From the NCBI RefSeq assembly GCF_009914755.1, contig NC_060935.1: 64,000 bases of DNA; one strand, 5' to 3'. Every line of letters starts with the position of its first letter. Positions within the stretch are counted from its first letter, which is position 1. The notes under the pieces were generated by a model. That model saw nothing but the letters and a program-made list of their open reading frames with translations, did no database searches and had not been told where the DNA came from. Below are positions 14,092-29,239 of this stretch, piece by piece. The position numbers were made by a program, and so were the translations under genes. This DNA is from the human T2T-CHM13v2.0 reference genome, Homo sapiens.

Positions 14092-14463
14092 TATGTTGGT
14101 CCCTTCTTGTGCAGCTGTGAATAAACAGCCAAGACTGGGTAATTTATTTTAAAAAGAGATTTAATTGATTCACAGTTCTGCATGACTGGGAAAGCCTCAG
14201 TAAACTTACAATCATAGCGGAAGGGAAAGCAAACATACCCTTCTTCACAAGGCAGCAGCGGAGAGAAGTGTGCCCAGGAAAGGGGGAAGGCCCTTATAAA
14301 ACCTTCAGATATCAGGAGAACTAACTCACTATCACAAGAGCAGGATGAGGGAAACAGACCCCATGATTCAATTATCTCCTCCTGGTCCCTCCCACGACAT
14401 GTGGGGATTATGAGAACTATGATTCGAAGTAAGCTTGGGTGGGGACACAGCCAAACCATATCA
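14092..14463 (-). mobile_element. THE1 solo LTR
   Basis: Ends GGGGACACAGCCAAACCATATCA; internal AAACTTACAATCATAGCGGAAGGG. Confidence 0.92.
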
Positions 14464-15152
14464 CTGATGAAAGAGGTCTTTGTCCTCATTAAATAGTTGG
14501 GTTTTGCTGGGATACCTTCACCTGACTCCTGAGTAAGGAGCAGCAACCATATACATTTTACGTCTCACATTTATTAACTTAACTTTAATTTTTGCAATCT
14601 GTAAGCTACATAGAACCCTACAAAGGGATAGTTAACCTTGTTTCTTACCCCGAGCAAAGATTGTCTTACAAATCAAAAAATCATTTCACTATCTTAATTG
14701 GATAATACTTGTGAGAAACGCACTACTGGAGTTACTTTTTCTCATGAGTCTGTATGCTTTTATTCCAAGTGAAAACATTTGAATGAATGATAACATAGAA
14801 GCTTTTACTCATAGCAACCAGAAATCTGGTGGAGAGGGTACATGTAACCCCTGGGGAAAACAAAGAACAGTAATGGGAAACATCCTTTCAGCTGTACTAA
14901 GCTAAATGAGGAATGTAACATTAAAACATTCCTAAGAAACATGACTTTTCAGCCTCAGCAATTTAAGAAATAACAATTTTCCTATTATTTTTCCAGGGAA
15001 ATGTTGCTGATTCTACACATATTTTAAAGATATCTTTGAGGCTTTGTATAGTACAACTAAGTCAAATCCTGGGAGAGATGGTGGAGGACTCTTTCCTATA
15101 AATCACAGGCTTCCAAACTCATTGATTTAACGGTCATAAAAACTTCGGATTA

Positions 15153-15741
15153 CAGTCATGTGTCACGTAAAAAGGGGAATACATTCTTCGAAATGCATCA
15201 TTAGGTGATTTTGTCACTGTTGAATATCATATTTACACAAACCTAGATGGTAAAGCCCACCAGAAACCTAGTCTTTATGGTAGTCTATTGTTCCTAGACT
15301 ACAAACCTGTATAGCATGTTGCTGTACTGAAAACTCTAGACAATTGTAACACAATTATAAGAATTTGTGTCCCTATAGCTGTACATTAAAAAGGTAAGTA
15401 AAAATACAGTATAAAAGAAAAAATGGTACACCTGCATAGGGCACTTACCATGAATGAAACTTGAAGGACTGGAAGTTGCCCTGGGTGAATCAAGGAGTGA
15501 GTGGTGACTGAATGTGAAGGCCTAGGACATTACTGTACCCTACTGTACACTTCATAAACACTGTACACTTAGGCTACACTAAATTTATAAAAAATAAAGT
15601 AATTGTGCTATGATGTTACAATGGCTACAACATCACTTGGCAATAGGAATTTTTCAGCTCCGTTATAATCTTATGGGATGGGATGGCTATTGTATATGTG
15701 GTCCTTTGTTGACCAAAACATTGTTATAGGACACATGACTT
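15153..15741 (+). mobile_element. Tigger3-type non-autonomous DNA transposon (Tigger3c-like)
   Basis: Terminal CAGTCATGTGTC..GACACATGACT inverted repeats, TA on both flanks, ACACAAACCTAGATGG internal motif. Confidence 0.88.
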
Positions 15742-15753
15742 TATTGTCTTAGA

Positions 15754-15956
15754 TCAATGGTTTTCCAACTTTAGCATGCATAACAATTGCCTGGAGAGCT
15801 TGTTAAAACAGAATACTGGGCCTCACACCCAGAGTGTCTGATTCAGTAGGACTGTGATCAGGACTGAGAATTTATATTCCTGAGAATTTATATTCCTGAG
15901 AAGTTCCCTGGACACTGATGCTACAGATCCTGGAACCATACTCAGAGAATTATAGG
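15754..15956. mobile_element. MER5A with internal 16-bp tandem duplication
   Basis: CCTGGAGAGCTTGTTAAAAC..CTGATTCAGTAGG; CTGAGAATTTATATTC repeated at 15864-15895. Confidence 0.8.
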
Positions 15957-16623
15957 ATACTTAAACGGGCTATGGTATTTATTACATCACTCTCAAATAT
16001 CAATGTATTTTTTATGGGAAGTTAACATTTACATGGGCAAGAGAAATAACTCCTATTGTATCCTAATATGGTAACAAAAATTTATATTAGCTGATTCAAA
16101 AACTAGCTCTTTCTAAATACAAGCTGATGTCAGGATTCCACACCTTGAAGAGGTCAGATGATGGGACAGTGATGAAATGCATGGGACTGTCCCAGGTTAT
16201 TAAGTTCCCTTTCACTGTCTCTAGCCTATGACTTAAACTAGTCATGAGATTCACATTGGAAAGACCCTCAGAGGATAATCAGCCAAATGTCACCAGTGCC
16301 ATCTCTGGAAGAAAGAATATCTGAATAGGAGAAATGTGGAAGTAAAATTGAAGAAAAGTAGAAAAGGAGGAGAAATATGGAAAGGCAAACAAAGCCTTAC
16401 CTGGGGTCTATTATGACAATTAGCCCAGTCTGCTAAGGAAAGTTTATTCAAACTGGAAGAGTAAATCTTGCTTTGATATTGAAAATAACCTTTCCAGTCT
16501 TTGCTCTGCATCCATTTGTCTTTTTCCATCCTTCCTTTCCACTTCTTAACAGTAGAAACTTTCTGCTGGTGTTTTTTATTAAACAAGACCACTGTCAAGG
16601 CCCCATAAAAGTTATATATTTTG

Positions 16624-16962
<339 letters not shown>

Positions 16963-16974
16963 TTATTTAAAGAG

Positions 16975-17310
16975 GATCCATGTTATGACACTTCTGGAGG
17001 GCACGTTAGCCATATAAATCAAAAGCTTCTAAAAAGTATTTTCTCTGACCCAGCAAATCTATTTCTTGAAATTTATCCTGAGTGAAATCAACATAACTGT
17101 ATTTTCAAACATTTAGTTACATGGATATTCATCAAAGCGAGGTTTATTTTTAAAACATTATGAAAACCTAAATGTCTGATAAAGTAATATTTTTAAATTT
17201 GTGACATATTAGAATAAGCCACTGAAATATTATTGAACAATTTATAATTGCCATAGAAAGATATCCAAGATATCACATTTAGAAAAACAAGTCTAAAACA
17301 TTATGTTTTC
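16975..17310 (+). mobile_element. Old L1M (L1ME-like) fragment
   Basis: CTCTGACCCAGCAAATCTATTTCTTGAAATTTATCC resembles the ORF2 3' region. Confidence 0.5.
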
Positions 17311-17324
17311 AATTATTATTTTGG

Positions 17325-17616
17325 GGGTGGGTGCAGTGGCTCATACCTGTAATCCCTGAACTTTGGGAGGCCAAGGCAGGCAGACCACATGAGGCCAAGA
17401 ATTCGAGAACAGCCTGGCCAACATAACGAAATCCCACCTCTACTAAAAATATAAAAATTAGCTGGGCATGGTGGCGCATGCCTGTAATCCCAGCTACTCT
17501 GATGGCTGAAGCATGAGAATCGCTTCAACCCAGAAGACAGAGGTTGCAGTGGGCCAAGATGGGGCCACTGCACTCCAGTCTGGGTGACAGAGGAAAACCC
17601 TATCTCAAAAACAAAA
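17325..17616 (+). mobile_element. Alu (AluJ/Sx)
   Basis: Both arms; TSD AATTATTATTTT at 17311-17322 and 17616-17627. Confidence 0.95.
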
Positions 17617-17770
17617 ATTATTATTTTAGAAAAATGTGTACACAAAAATGTGAAAGACCAGAAGTATACACTGAAGTGTTAATGTGTAATCTCACTATCT
17701 AGAGGCTAATATTCAACTTTTTTTTCATTTGTTCAGATCTTTTACAATAAACATGTATGTTTTATGATAA

Positions 17771-18089
<319 letters not shown>

Positions 18090-19244
18090 CCATGTTAACA
18101 TTTTTAAATAGTTGTGAAGATAATTTTTGTATTTCATGAAGGATAATGAAGGCACTTGAGAACTTTCATAAAAGTTAAATTTTCACCTATAGATAAATTG
18201 TTTGAGACAGGTAACCTCAGTATAGTAAGATCTTACTCAGTCCATAAAGAATAACCCAAAAAAAATTACCCGAGTTGATTAGTGGAAACATTCAACAAAA
18301 AATTATAATTTCATTTCACAAAAACATTTTTTTCCATGAAAATATCCTAGGGTGAGTAGGAACTGATAGTCTTTAAAGAGAGTTACATCATTTTATTGAA
18401 AAACACTCTTGGCTATCAGGGTGCTACTAGACACACTACTTTCTTATTAAAAATAAACAAAATGCATGTGACATTTTGTTTTTATTTGGTGTTTAGTAGA
18501 CTGTGTCTGTTCATGAGAAGCAAATATTCTAATAGCTATCCATTAAAGAACATAAACTTACTTTCCTTTAGTTAAACAGCATGAATGGCTAACATGTACA
18601 CTAACACATGCCAGCTTCTTACACTTTACAAAAGACCAGTGGAGATTCTTTTTATTTAAAAAGACTGCTTCAGAACTGGATTCTGCCATCGAAATTGTAG
18701 TCCTAGAACTTCCACTAATACTCTGTGGATGTAGTCTAGTTACTCAAACAATGCCAAATTCTCAGATTCTTCAGCTATAGTGGTGAAAATCTTGAGAAAT
18801 ATAATTTTCAAAGTATAAGATTCTTTCTGCCTCTGTCATTTTTCTAGGCACTTCTGGCTAATTTTTTTTCACTTTGCACAAACTTCAAAGACATGAAAAA
18901 AATACAAATAATTCTCTTTATTCTAGTGGAGGCTTTTTACAAATATAAACTGGAAACAATTATAAAGCTATTTATAAAGACTCACTACTACAAATGGAAT
19001 TTTCTGTTTGTTCAAATTAAGAAATGAAAGACAACTTCCTATTGAGAAATCAAAATCTAAGAGAACTTTTACAGAAGTGCCTACAAACATAAATGACAAC
19101 TTTTCATCTATTTTTAAAGTTTACTAATGACTTGTATTTGCTATCTGACTGTAAATTGTATTGAATTTTTGTGGTTGTATGTAATTAAATTTAATCTTTA
19201 CTCTTAAGCATGCAAATAAATTTCTATCCTTGATTTGATTTTAA

Positions 19245-19537
<293 letters not shown>

Positions 19538-19858
19538 TGAATTTTTTAAAAGAACTCTACCTCTGAAGGTTTCTGGGTCTTACTGTTTAGATACTACCTT
19601 GAATGGTTAATATCAATCAATTATTATCAATAACACAAGTATTTGTGAATCTCTTTGAACTTTCACAATCCATTCACATAATCTATTATCATGAGCGTCA
19701 AATCAGATAATGTTGCACAGACAAAACATAATTTTTATTTTTCAAGGAATGGAGAAAAACTATTATAGTTTTGTACCTATAAAGTCAGTCACTGAGCTTT
19801 TTTATTTTAAATAAAATCCTCATGTAAGCCTCACAATGATTAGAAGATATAAATATTC

Positions 19859-20134
<276 letters not shown>

Positions 20135-21684
20135 TTAATGAGGAAACAAACAAAAAATTCTTTAAATCATTCCAAGACTAAATAATAAAAAATGGTGAGT
20201 TTGCAGTAATAACAAGTTAAACATATTAAATATATTAAAACATTATCTTTATTTTTTATTTTTTATCTTATTTTTATTATCTTCATTATTTGGACGTTTC
20301 TAAATATCAAGTTTAAAGGTATTGTAACTCCTCCTTTAGATACTTGGACATTTTCCACTTAATATTCTGAAAATAAACATCCTTATCCTTAAGATAATTC
20401 AAGTAGATCTCTGTACCTTGCAAACTAAGAAGTCTTAACACATTTCTTAAAATACTCATTTATTCAATTTAGAAACTGAAATATGCAAAGCATCAGTATT
20501 TGTATACAAATTAATCAAATCAGGTTCTCTAAAAGTTTAATTGTGTTCAGCAGATCAATTTCTTCTTCTTACCCTTCATATCTTTCACCCACGTTCATCC
20601 TTTCTACCCATTCGCACTACAGACAATGACCATACCAGGGGCTGAGATAACAAAGCTGCTCCCTAACCCCTAGGGGCTCACACTTCAGTGGAAGAGACTC
20701 AGAAAAAATTAATGTCATTTGGAAAGAGTGTTATTAAAGAATGTGAACAAAGATCATAGGGCATACAAAAATAAAAAACCATAAAATTTTATTTACATCT
20801 TTAATGTATCTTTGCCAGTCCTTTGTCATTTTGAATTTGGCATTTGAAGGAAAGTTTAAAACTCCTGCCAAAGCACCAATATTCCCATTGCAAACTTTAG
20901 TTAGATGAAGCGGTGATTTCTAGTGCTTTCCATAAGTGGATTTTATATAATGTAAAAATGTTTAGGGTGAAGCTACAAAAATAAATAGGATTGTCATTTT
21001 TAAATAACATACTCACACAAAATTTACTCTAACAGGAAAGTTGTGGTAATGCAATTTTTCACAAACAGGACCAGGATAAAAAAAATATAATGTTTGTCAT
21101 GAAAAGTCAAAAAAAATTGTACTATTTTTATTTGTGTCTGAATTGAATAAGGAACATCATAAAGACAAAAGAGGTATATTGCCATTCCCAATATGATATG
21201 CTGGTACTGCTTTGGAGCTAGAAGGGACCTTGATGATGCCATCTTCCTTCACTAGTTGTCTAACAAAATTTGGAGCCCTAGAAAGAAGGTCAGGTGGAGC
21301 AGAAAGGGCACAGAGGTTGGTCTGAGACATTCTGGGTTGTGATGCTACGGGGAGAGCCGGGGGAGGTATCATCATAGAGGTGGGAAGAATTATTAGATAG
21401 AGCCCACATCCAGGCAATGCTTGATGGCTGGAATTAATGTAACTCTTATGACAGAAAACTGAATACCGGGAAGAAGACTCTAAGTATCCATTGTTATATT
21501 GCCTATATTGAGATAAGCAGTCTATATTCCTTCTGAAAGCTGCCCATGCCCTTCCAGCATCCTGAAAAGTGTATCTTCCTCCCCTCAACCTCTTCTCTGT
21601 TCAGAGGCAGCTCAAGTATCAACACAGCAAAGAGCTTCTCTGGCCATCCCTACTCACACTGATCATGCCTTCAAGATGTCAGGT

Positions 21685-21790
21685 TGTGTGATGGTGAAGA
21701 GCAGACTCTGACGCCCAGATGCCTGAGTTTACACCCAGATCTGCCACTTGGGAGTTGCATGAGCTTGGGCAAGTAACCAAGCTTCAGTCT
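21685..21790 (+). mobile_element. MIR 5' fragment
   Basis: AAGAGCAGACTCTG..TGCCACTTGGGAGTTGCATGAGCTTGGGCAAGT. Confidence 0.65.
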
Positions 21791-23117
21791 ACCTTTATTG
21801 GGGGAACTCTGGTATACACACAATGTAACAAATCAGTAGTCTCCAAATCGTTTTATGTGTTAGTTTGTCTCCTTAGTTAAGTGATAAGTTTTTTTATCTG
21901 ACAAAATTCTTGAGTAGACGAATATTTTAAGTGCTATTAAAACAAAATTCGTGAGTACATAATAAGTATTTTAAATGCTATTAAAAATTAGTATGTGTAA
22001 ATTAAGATTTGAGGTTTGGAAGCTGTTCTTGTAGAATAACATGAATTCTCCAGTTATAGGCACTTGAACTTGATTTCCAAGATGTTTTTCAACTCGCAGA
22101 GTCTTCAGTTTACTGACAAGAAACAAAAGCCCAGAGAAGTTACGTGATAAAATCAAAATGAACAGTTAATTATTTGCAGGGCCCATTGATTCTGACTGTT
22201 ATTCTTGCATTCTTTCTTTTATACTATATTGGTATAATGAATGGTTCAAGTATAAGCCTGCATGTTAATTATTTCTTAAAAGTCTTTCAAATACTACTTT
22301 TCGTAGTTTTTTTTTTCCAAAATAAATATATCAGGTATTCTTAGAAGCCAAAGGAGGAGAATCTATGAATGAAATTCAGCTATCTGTGAGGTGGTTAAAA
22401 AAAATACGTACTACATACACACACAAATACAAACACACATAGTAAAAATGCAAACATGTATACTGTCCTGGAGAATAGATTCCAATATTTTAAGATGAAC
22501 ACAGGGAGCCATAATCCAAAAAAATATCAGAACCACCAATATAAATGATTTATGGAGTCCCTTCCACTCTAAAATTGTATGACCATGTCATTAAATCTGT
22601 TAATTATAAGTTGCTAGATTTTTGTGGTCAAATATTTTATAATTAGCATGGATTGAAATGTAATACACACTATATTAAACTTCAGAAAAAAGAATAAATT
22701 TAACTTTTATTTATAAGACAATGCTAAAATAAATATTTTCATGCTTTCTGGCCTTGGTTCACTGCATTTTGGAAGTCAGAGAACAGATGAACTTTATATT
22801 ACAGCATTGAGCAATACAGCACAAACTGCAGATGCGCCTGCAACCAGGAAGGCCACATCGTCTCTCCTCACAACAAAACATTGCTTTCCAATCACGGGCA
22901 TCTTAAGTTGTGCGTCATTATTTTAGAAATGCTCTTCAAGTTTGTGTCAGGTCAGAACCATTTTTAAAAACAAAAACATAATCAAGAAGAATATAAATAG
23001 AATAAATTCAATACAGTAAAAGAATCCAAATAATCAGGGACCAAGAGAAATCTCTGTCTTCTCTGGACAAATTCCTTCACCTTGTCCAGGTTTTTGTTTT
23101 CTCTGCCATAAAAATAA

Positions 23118-23500
<383 letters not shown>

Positions 23501-24051
23501 TTACTCAGCCTAGAGATGGCTTCCCTCAAATTGTTTGTACCTGGCTGAACAAAGGATGGAAGGAGAACCAAGAAGACCTACCAAAGGATGAGGTAATAAG
23601 ATAGCTTTCTAATTCTTCCTGAGACAGTTCTATGGAATGCAGCATTATATTCACAGTGCGACAAATTCCCAAATCAGACAAAACCATTTTGCCTATATTT
23701 TAAGAAGGGAATTTTTAAAAATGCCTTCCAGAAACAAACGATTTGAGGATTTCACAGCTGTTTGGAAAAAACTAACAGACACATTTAGGTATAGCTACAG
23801 TAAAATTATTTACTTGGACTTCATTACATTGAAATTTGGAGATATTCTAATTCTTATATTTACTTTATGAGGTAAAAGAATGAGATTCACTATTCCCCAG
23901 AGATCAAGTAAATTATGAACTGAGAGGGGAGGTACGTGAGGGACACTCATTTTGTTAATGTTTACTTTTTTTTCTGTTTTTACACCACTTAAAATTGTTC
24001 CAAGAGGAAAAATAAAAACAACATATAATATAGTTAATGAGAATTAATGTT

Positions 24052-24409
24052 TGTCTTAGTCCATTCAGGTTGCTATAATAAACTATAATATACTGAGTGG
24101 CTTAAACAACAAACACGCATTTCTCACAATCTAGAGGGTAGAGAGTCCAAGATCAAGGAACTGGCAGATTCAGTGTCTGGTGAGGGCCCACTTCCTAGTT
24201 CATAGATGGCCATCTCCTCATTGTGTCATCACATGGCAGAAAGGGTGAGGGATCTCTCCAGGGTCTCTTTCCTAAGGGCAGTAATCGCAGTCCTGAGGGC
24301 TCCACTGTGATGGCCTAATCACCTCCCGAAGGCCTTACCTCCTAATACCATCACATCAGGGGTTAGGATTTCAACATATAAATTGGGAAGATACATTCAG
24401 TCCATAGCA
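24052..24409 (-). mobile_element. MLT1A-type LTR (3' LTR of a MaLR provirus)
   Basis: TGTCTTAGTCCATTCAGGTTGCTATAA..CATTCAGTCCATAGCA. Confidence 0.88.
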
Positions 24410-25783
24410 TTTCACCCCTAGGCCCACAAAATGTATGTCTTTCTCATATATACAATGCATTCATTCCATCTAACAGCCCCAAAAGTCTTAGTTCATTCCA
24501 GCAACAACTCTAAAGTCCTGAGTCTCATCTAAATAACATCTAAATCAGATATGGATGAAACTCAAAGTATGATTCATCCACAGGCAAATTCCTCTTTAGT
24601 TGTGAACCTGTGAAACCAATCAATTTATCTGCTTTCAAAATATGATGGTGACACAGGCACAGAACAGACAGTTTCTTTCCAAAAGGGAGAGATAGGAAAC
24701 AAGAAAGGGGTAATGGGCCTCAAATAAGTCAAAAACTTAACAAGGCAAACAATATTAAATCTTAAGGCTTAAGAATAATCCTCTTCAGCTTAATGCTTCA
24801 CTCTCTAGACCCACTGGGGCAACAGCATCACACCCCTGGCTTGGTGGGGTAATACACAAGCCCTGAGTCTCTGTGGTGGCCCTACCCATGCCACAGCTTT
24901 CTGCTATGGCCCTGCCCCAGCAGCAGCTCCCTCCAGGCTAGAATTGCAGCCCTACAGCTTCAGGCAGCCCTGTCCTTTGAAACATAAATGGAGGCAGCCA
25001 TAACTTCCAGGCCCATATCCTCTGGGCCTGTGTTGATGGTGGCAACCCTAATGATCTCTGAATCACCTTTGAAGTCGTTCTTCCACAGTTTTGAAGAATA
25101 GTGCCTGACTTCTACTGAGATGGCTGATCCATACTAATCTCTTTATCAAATGGTGGTTTGGCCACACCCTTAGTATTCTCATTTTTTACAATATGGATAG
25201 GCCAAAAATCTTTCCAATCTTTTACTGCCTTTATTTTTCCTTAACAAAAGCAAGTAATTAACTAAAAATGAAGTCATTTTTTCTCTTCTTGCATTTTACT
25301 GTAAGCAGTTAGGAGAAGCTAAGCTGTACCTTAAACACTGCTTAGAAATTTTCTCAGCTAAATATCCAATTTTATTCTTTACAAGTTGTACCTTCCATAA
25401 AGCACTGGAGTATGAGCATAATTCAACCAACTTCTTCACCACTTTATGACAAGAATCACCTTTCCTCCAGTTTCCAATAATATCTTCTTCATTTCCATCT
25501 AAGGCCTTATCAGAATGGCCTTTACCATCTATATTTTTATCAATATTCTGGTCATGATTACTTAGATATTCTCTAAGAAGTATGAGGCTTTCTCTGCAGC
25601 CCTACTCTTTTATTTCTGAGCCCTCACCAGAATCATCTTTAATGATTTATGTCAACAGTGTAGGCTTTTTCTAGGATGCATCTCAAAATTCTCCCAGCCT
25701 CTATCCATCACCTAGTTCCAAAGCCACTTCCACATTTTTAGGCATTTATTACAGCAGCACTCTCACTTCTTGGTACTAATATC
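24410..25783 (-). mobile_element. MLT1A-int (MaLR internal region)
   Basis: Begins TTTCACCCC next to the LTR; ends CCAAAGCCACTTCCACATTTTTAGG..TGGTACTAAT, typical of the MaLR-int 5' boundary. Confidence 0.8.
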
Positions 25784-25784
25784 T

Positions 25785-26212
25785 ATTGTATTATGGGGAA
25801 TTGGCTCACATGACTATGGAGCCTGCAAAGTCTCATGATCTGTTGTCTGCAAGCCAAAGTCCCAGGAATGCCAGTGGTGTAATTTAATCTGGGTCCAAAT
25901 ACCTGAGAACCAAGGGAGCTGGTAATGTATATCCCAGTCCTATGGCAGAAGAAGATGAGATGAGATGTTCCATCTCAAGCAGCAAGCAAGAAGCAAAAAG
26001 GGACAAATTCATCCTTCTTCTACCTTTGTCCTATTCAGGTCTTCAACTGATTGACTAATGCCCACCCACATTGCGGAGGGCAGTCTGCTTTACTGAATCC
26101 ATGCGTTCAAATGCTAATCATCTGGAAACACACTCATGAACACATCCAGAAATAGTGTTTAATCTGAACATCCTGTGGCCAGTCAAGTCGACACATCATA
26201 TAAACCATTATG
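25785..26212 (-). mobile_element. MLT2B-like LTR, partial
   Basis: ATTATGGGGAATTGGCTCAC..CCAGTCAAGTCGACACAT..AACCAT. Confidence 0.8.
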
Positions 26213-26253
26213 ATATTTAAAATTTTTATGTCAAATCTATATATTATTTAAAG

Positions 26254-26460
26254 CAGGGGTCAGCAAACTACAGCTTGTGGGCCAGTGTCTATTTTGTAAA
26301 ACAGCTTTATTGGAATGCAGCTATGTCTATTCATTTATGTATTGTTTATGGCTGCTCTCAGACTAACATGGCAGAATTGAGGAGTTACAACAGAGGCCAA
26401 ATGGCCAAAAAAAACCTAACCTAAAAACCTGACCTTTAATAAAAAGTCTACAGATCCTCA
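26254..26460. mobile_element. MER58A (hAT-Charlie)
   Basis: CAGGGGTCAGCAAACTAC start; 8-bp TSD ATTTAAAG/ATCTAAAG. Confidence 0.85.
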
Positions 26461-26605
26461 ATCTAAAGCACTTTTAAAAAGAAACTCACACACATATACT
26501 CACACAGCATGACTCTTAATTCTATTTGTTTTCTGCAAATAATGATGAATTATATCTGTTTTGGGGAATTTCTAAATACTGGTAGGTTTGAACACCTTTT
26601 AGATA

Positions 26606-27040
26606 TAAAGAAAATGTTTATATATATATATATATATATATATATTCCATTATATATCTAGATCATGGAATACTACTCAGCCATAAAAAGGAATGAAATA
26701 GTGGCATTCACAGAAATCTGGATGAAACTGGAGACTATTATGCTAAATGAAGTAACTCAGGAATGGAAAACCAAACATCATATGTTCTTACTTATAAGTG
26801 GAAGCTAAGCTATGAGGACACAAAGGTGTAAGAATGATATGATACAATGAACTTTGGGGACTCAGGGGAAAGGGTGGGAGGGGATGAGGGATAAAAGATT
26901 ACACATGTGGTACAGTGTACACTGCTTGGGTGCACCAAAATCTCAGAAATCACCATTAAAGAACGTATTCATGTAACAAAACATCACCTGTTCCCCAAAA
27001 ACCTATTGAAATAAAAAATAAATTTAAAAAAATAAAATAA
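26606..27040 (+). mobile_element. L1PB-type 3' end containing a (TA)n microsatellite
   Basis: GGAATGGAAAACCAAACATC..AAATCTCAGAAATCACC..CCCCAAAACCTATTGAAATAAAAA; (TA)n at ~26619-26645. Confidence 0.88.
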
Positions 27041-28537
27041 AATTCTATGGAGCCAAAAAAGAGCCTGAATAGCCAAAGCAATCTTAAGCAAAAAGAACAA
27101 AGCTGGAGGCATCACACTACCCGGTTTCAAACAATACTATAAGGCTACACTAACCAAAACAGCATGGTACTTGTACAAAACAGACACATAGACTGACAGA
27201 ACAAATTTGAGAACCCAGAAAAAAGTCACACACCTACAGTCATCTGATCCTGAACAAAATTGACAAAAATAAGCAATGGAGAAAGGACTCCCTATTCAAT
27301 AATTATACTGAGATAGTTGGCTAGCTGTATGCAGAAAAATGAAACTGGATCCCTCTCTTTCACCATTTATAAAAATTAACTCAAAATGGATTAAAGATTT
27401 AAATGCAAGATTGCAAACTATAAGAATCCTAGAAGAAAACCTAGGAAACACCACTCTGGACATCTTCCCTGGGAAATAATTTATGACTAAGTCTTCAAAA
27501 GCAACAAAAATGAAAATTGACATGTGGGACCTCATTGAACTAAAGAGCTTCTATAGAGCAAAAGAAACTATCAACAGAATAAACAGACAACCTACTGAAT
27601 TGGAGAAAATATTCACAAACTCTGCAACTGACAATAACCTACCATCTATAAGAATCTAGAAGAAACTGAAACAACTGAACAAGCAAAAACCAACCCCATT
27701 AAAAAATAGATGATAGACATGAACAGACACTTCTCAAAAGAAGACATACAAGTGGCCAACAAACATGATGAAATGCTCCACATCACTAATCATCAGAGAA
27801 CTGCAAATTAAAACCACAATGAGATACCATCCCACACCAGTCAGAATGGCTATTACTAAAAGTAAAAAAACAACAGATGCTGGTGAGGCTGTGGAGAAAA
27901 GGGAATGCTTATACACTGTTGGTGGGAATGTACACTAGTTCAGCCACTGTGGAAAGCAGCTTGGAGATTTCTCGAAGAACTTAAAACAGAACTACCATTC
28001 AATCCATTACTGGGTATACAGCCAAGAGAAAATAAATCATTGTACCAAAAACATATGCATGCATATGTTTATTAAAGTGCTATTCACAACAGCAAAGACA
28101 TGGAGTCAACCTAGGTACCCATCAACTGTAGATTTCATAAAGAAAATGTGGTACATAGGCACCATGGAATACAATGCAGCCACTTTAAAAAATCATGTCT
28201 TTTGCAGCAACATGGATACAGCTGGAGACCATTATCCTAAATGAATTAATGCAGATACAGGAAACTAAATACTGCATGTTCTCACTTAACAACTGGGAAC
28301 TAAAAAATGGGTACTCAAGAACATAAAGATGCCAACAATAGGCAGTGGGGACTACTAGGCGGGGAATTAGGGAAGAAAGAGTTGAAAAACTATTATTGGG
28401 TACTATGCTCAGTACCTTGGTGACAGGATCAATCATACCCCAAACCTCAGCATCACATAATATACTCAGGTAACAAACTTGCATATGTATCTCCTGAATC
28501 TAAAATAAAAGTTGAAATTATTGTTAAAAAAAAAAAG
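27041..28537 (+). mobile_element. L1 3' ~1.5 kb (L1PB4/old L1PA-like)
   Basis: Degenerate ORF2 C-terminus, 3'UTR and poly(A). Confidence 0.9.
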
Positions 28538-28639
28538 TATAGCTTATAAATTCGGTCTAAGCTTAACCAAAAAAAGAATAAGGATAAATTGCAAAAAATA
28601 ATAATTTGAGATAAATCAAGAAATCTAAATTTGAAAGAC

Positions 28640-29175
28640 AGACATATAACCCTTCTAGAGAATGCAGACTCATACAACCACTTGAAAATAATTCTGCAGT
28701 TTCTTTACAAGGTTAAACATGCATTTACCATATGGCACAACAATTCTGCAGATATTTACCCAAGAGAAATGAAAACTTGTGTCCACAAAAATTCTTATAC
28801 GTGTTTATCCATTACTAATTTATTCATAAAAGTTTAAAAATTAATACAATAAAACAAGTATCAAATGTTTATCAGCTGTAGGTAGAATGGACAAATTTTG
28901 GTGCATTCATTCAATAGAACACTACTCAGCAATAAAAATTAACTACCAAAATACACAAGTGTATGAATCTCAAAAACATCATATTGGACTAAGTAAACAA
29001 TATATAAAAGATAAAGGATTGAGCAGGAAGTGGAAAGAAGAAATTTTCGGGGGTGATGAAAACGTCCTATATCTTATCTGGAATTCTTTTATTACAAGGG
29101 TACTTACATTTGTCAAAACACATTGAACTGCACACTTATAATTTACATACAACAGATTTTAACTCAAAAAAAAAT
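28640..29175 (+). mobile_element. Old L1M 3' fragment
   Basis: TTTACCCAAGAGAAATGAAAAC..TTTGTCAAAACACATTGAACTG. Confidence 0.65.
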
Positions 29176-29239
29176 GGCAGCTGAGAGACAATGCTAGACA
29201 CCAAAGACTGCCAACATTCTTTATGCATGCATGCAGACA

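Noticed and set aside
16390-16410. Minus-strand splice donor (CAG/GTAAGG) and other isolated splice-like sites, e.g. an acceptor at ~1156
   Set aside because: No matching partner site or coding frame; such motifs are expected by chance
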